A stretch of 64,000 nt of DNA. Source: Pristiophorus japonicus (taxonomy: Eukaryota). A model generated the notes under the pieces. That model was not told the DNA's origin, made no database searches, and worked only from the letters and a program-made list of their open reading frames with translations. Shown one piece after another: positions 62,521-64,000 of this stretch (position 1 is the first letter of the stretch; every line of letters starts with the position of its first letter). Position numbers and translations under genes: made by a program. The DNA lies in assembly GCF_044704955.1 (NCBI RefSeq), contig NC_091981.1, forward strand, positions 178,002,001-178,066,000, read 5' to 3'.

Positions 62521-64000
62521 TACTCGTGTTGTAAGTGGCAAAAATGTTGGCAAATTATCTGGAAAGATGAGAATTCTTAATGCAAACATTTAAGATTTCA
62601 ATACAAATAGTAAACAAGAAATTTTCTGAGATGTTTTGTAAGCTGAAGAATTCCATGGACATGCAGTAGTGTGATATTTTTGTCAGTACTTGTCTTGAAA
62701 TGTGTCAACTGTACTGTTATACAAAACCTGTCATTACTTTAAAGCATAGGAACAATCACAAGTGCTTCAATTCTTACTTAAGCTACAATTTCTGTCTTAC
62801 AATCGTGAACTCACTTTAAAAAAAACATGGATTCAACCAGATGCCACTGTTTATTTTGGCTGAGTTAGAAGCACGCCTGTTGAGAATTCATCCAACTTTA
62901 ATGAATTTTTCTAGGAATAAGTTGGGTTAGTGCCAGACCATAGCAAAGTCACTCTTCCTTAACCCAGCAGAGGTGCTATTATTGTTTTCCACTCAATGAA
63001 TCTTTGTGGCTTATTCAATTATATGTTATTCAACACTATTATAATTATCTCATCTAAATTCTTACATTTGTTGAGGTGACTGGCTCCCAGCTGTTCTTGT
63101 TGAACATCCTTGACCAACCTTTGCCTTCATTGTTGTCAATCAAGCAAACCTGTTAATTTTAAAGATTCACTTACATTCAATGGTAGGCACCACAGTTCTG
63201 TTGGTGTATTAATGCAAGGCCCCCGAAAGGGGCAAAAAATCCCCAGAATGTTGATGGATGTATGGAACCTTCCAACTGTTGGCAAAATAAAACTTCTACT
63301 GCCTAAGAAGTAGAGAAGCTTCAATATTTTATTAGTCTTGGCAATAGGAATGTCATTTAAAATTAAACTCAACATAAAACTATCACTATCCTCTCTTGTA
63401 AACCTACCTAGCATAATTAAACAGGGTGAAATCTGATTTGTAGCTGCGATCCATCTATATCCCAGTCATTGACACCAATTTGTGCTGGGCTCTTGACTGT
63501 AAAGTGCATTATGGGCGGTCAAAGAAATCTTCCTGGATTTTGTGAAAGTTACCCACCTTCTAAGGGTATGCACCCTCATCTTTTCCCTTGGTACATATCT
63601 CACCTGGGTTCTGGGCCTTTGTCATTGAAAGGACAGGAACGTGGGCTGTTTACAAAACTCCACCAATATCCACCTTAACTGGCTGCCAGGAGGCATGCAA
63701 CAGCAACCTGGTGATGCACTCACATCCACATTCCCTTCCCTGGGGCACTCTCCACTCACAATAGCACAGATCAGAAACTGAGTGGAATGAGGGAATCAAA
63801 CTGAATTCTCCATTCCCTAACAATGAGCATTAATTCTCAAAATCACCTACTTATGTACATATCTGGCAGGCATTTTTGGAATATTGTAGAATTAAAGAAG
63901 AACCATAGAAGTTTATAGCACAAAATTAAGCTATTAGCCTCATCATGAATGAGTGCTGGATCTTTTTGAGAGAAATCCAAAACTAATCCCACTGCACCAC

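Overview
Vertebrate genomic DNA, most likely a cartilaginous fish (shark), judged from its repeat content: CR1, L2, RTE and Tx1 LINEs, Penelope-like elements, a Deu-domain SINE and Harbinger-type elements. It holds two host genes in the head-to-head arrangement also seen in human. SEC61B is on the minus strand with 4 coding exons over 33092-60576 (98 aa). ALG2 is on the plus strand as one uninterrupted ORF, 61023-62231. Most of the rest is transposon-derived. The most unusual object is an apparently full-length, TSD-bounded Tx1-clade LINE (22242-28061). Its 5' UTR contains a 41/43-nt copy of the 5' end of U2 snRNA plus a second, decayed U2-like copy, yet it is not inserted in a U2 gene. Also notable is a TSD-bounded Penelope-like element (4615-7837) with inverted terminal repeats, each carrying a hammerhead ribozyme core. 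All calls come from reading the sequence by eye; no database searches were run.
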